A stretch of 64,000 bases of DNA from contig OZ024740.1 in NCBI GenBank assembly GCA_964016885.1, positions 328,104,001 to 328,168,000 on the forward strand, in the 5' to 3' direction. Shown piece after piece: positions 61,983 to 64,000 of the stretch. The notes beneath the pieces are model-generated. The model was not told the origin of the DNA. It did no database searches and worked only from the letters and a program-made list of their open reading frames with translations. Positions within the stretch are counted from its first letter, which is position 1, and each line of letters opens with the position of its first letter. This stretch comes from Eledone cirrhosa (taxonomy: Eukaryota). Made by a program: the position numbers and the translations under genes.

Positions 61983-62821
61983 CTTGAAACAAATAATGAC
62001 ATCATTAATAAGTATTGAAATTTAAGCAAACAAGATTTCACAGCTCTAGCATCAATTCTTCATAGCTTATGAAATTTTCAGTCCACCCTCGTACCATTTA
62101 GTGTTTAGTTATAGTATTTTATGTTGTAAGTCCAAATCCCACTGAGGTCATATTTACCAAAATAAAGTACCAGTTAAATACTGGGATACAATTTAATTGA
62201 CTAATCCACCCACCTAATATAGGAACTATATTCTGGTTCCGTGTCAATGTTAGATATGAATATTTCAATCTTTGAGCATGAATCGGGAAGAGCGCGTGAT
62301 GAGCGCTCGAGTGAATTCTTTTCCCCCGAATAATTTGGTAGTGATTTTGACTTTCAAGATTTCTTATCAAACTACACCAGATATAGCTACTTTGGATGTC
62401 TTGATGGCGACTGATTTCACTTGTTGGTTGCCATAATGTTAAATTATGGTTCAAATATTGGATTAGAATTAAATGTATTTTACTTAAGAACGTAAATCCT
62501 ATTAACTACTTTCCCCTGTCATTATTTCATTAACCCACCTCCTAGTATTTTGCTAACTCCAGTCATCTGTAATGGATTCCACCTCCACCCATTCATTCAC
62601 AAAGACAAGAAGGAATAAACATGCGTTCCATGAGGCGAAGTAATGGAAAACTGCTGTGCTAAGACAGAGAAGAAAAATATATTAGACATGATTGATAAGA
62701 AGGACGAGCAACCAGTATCTACCACATTGGAATTAACAGTTGGGGGTGTTTTACAGCTAAAGGGCAACGTAGTCAGTCAGGCAAACGAAAAACATAAGGG
62801 AGTTTACAATACACGTGCGCG

Positions 62822-62925
<104 letters not shown>

Positions 62926-63169
62926 CACACACACACACACACAAATTACTTCCTTGGTTGTTGAATGAATGCACATAAATATTCAGAGTTTATTTTTACC
63001 AGCCACCTGCCCGGTGGCACGATTGTAAAGGAATTTCTTTTTAAAAAGAAAAAGGAATCTTGTTTTTTCTTGTATTTTTTGTGCAAACATTCACCGTTTA
63101 GATTTTAAGGTCTAGCAGATTTTTTTTCTCTTAAATATTGTGCTAATTTTCCCATACGTATGTTTGTAT

Positions 63170-63480
63170 GAGGGTGCGAGGCTTTGTGGTTAGAGTATTC
63201 GGCTCACAATCGTAGGGTCATGAGTCCGGTTCCCGGCGGCGCGTTGTGTCCTTGAGCAAGACACTTATTTTACGTTGCTCCAGTCCACTCAGCTGGCAAA
63301 AATGAGTTGTACCTGTTTTGCGAAGGACCAGCTTTATCACACGCTGTGTCACACTGAATCTTCATGAAAACTACTTAAAGGGTACACGTGTTTGTGGAAT
63401 TCTCAGCCACTTGCACGTTAATTTCACTGCTGTTCCGTTGATCGGGTCAACCGGAACACTCCCCGTCGTAGTGGACGGAG
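63170..63480 (+). mobile_element. tRNA-derived CORE-type SINE
   Basis: A/B-box head; core TGTGTCCTTGAGCAAGACAC..CACGTTGCTCCAGTCCACTCAGCTG; relatives at 29570-29870(-) and 16300-16500(-). Confidence 0.8.
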
Positions 63481-63604
63481 TGTGTGTGTGTACGTATGTA
63501 TGTGAATTTCCTGGAGCTATGTTTGTTTTGTAACAAAGTGAAACATTTTCTTTTGTGTCAAGACAGTTCCAAGTATGTGTAAATACATAAGTAAATTAAT
63601 GAAT

Positions 63605-63696
<92 letters not shown>

Positions 63697-63769
63697 GTGT
63701 ACATGAAGTTATACGTGCATTCAAGGGTGTACATATATCTTTAATATGTGCGTATTACAGCTCGTAAAA

Positions 63770-64000
63770 AACATGAACCCTGAGAGTTAACATCGAGAAA
63801 ACTGAGGTCATCTGTCAATGACGTACAACACTGCCCCTTTTCTCCTCTCCACCTTCAGTACAATAGTGACAACTAACAAAAACCTAGGCTGCATAATTTC
63901 TAATGACTGCACCCGAGATGAGGAGATTCTAAACCCCATCAGACAGGCCCCTGTAGCCTTTGGAAAGCTCAGAAAGTCTAAATAACGACCTCAGCTTCCA
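63770..64000 (+). pseudogene. RTE-like RT thumb relic
   Basis: LRVNIEKTEVICQ; LGCIISNDCTRDEEILNPIRQAPVAFGKLRK (translated by hand). Confidence 0.7.

Overview
AT-rich, microsatellite-saturated non-coding animal DNA, most likely from an octopod cephalopod (inferred from the SINE types and (TA)n load). I recognised no host protein-coding gene, and the long Y/I- and H/T-rich ORFs are microsatellite artefacts. The window holds a frameshifted, 5'-truncated Penelope-like retroelement (RT + GIY-YIG) with a tandem second 3' end, many tRNA-derived SINEs (Nin/Deu-type and CORE-type), RTE-LINE fragments, DNA-transposon relics and a 200-N gap. The standout signal is about a dozen short ORF-less fold-back (inverted-repeat) insertions from about 9 unrelated sequence families sitting in (TA)n tracts. 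Nearly all carry a complete or half type-I hammerhead ribozyme, including non-canonical cores and one case of compensatory stem changes between copies. All ribozyme folds were read by eye, and activity is untested.
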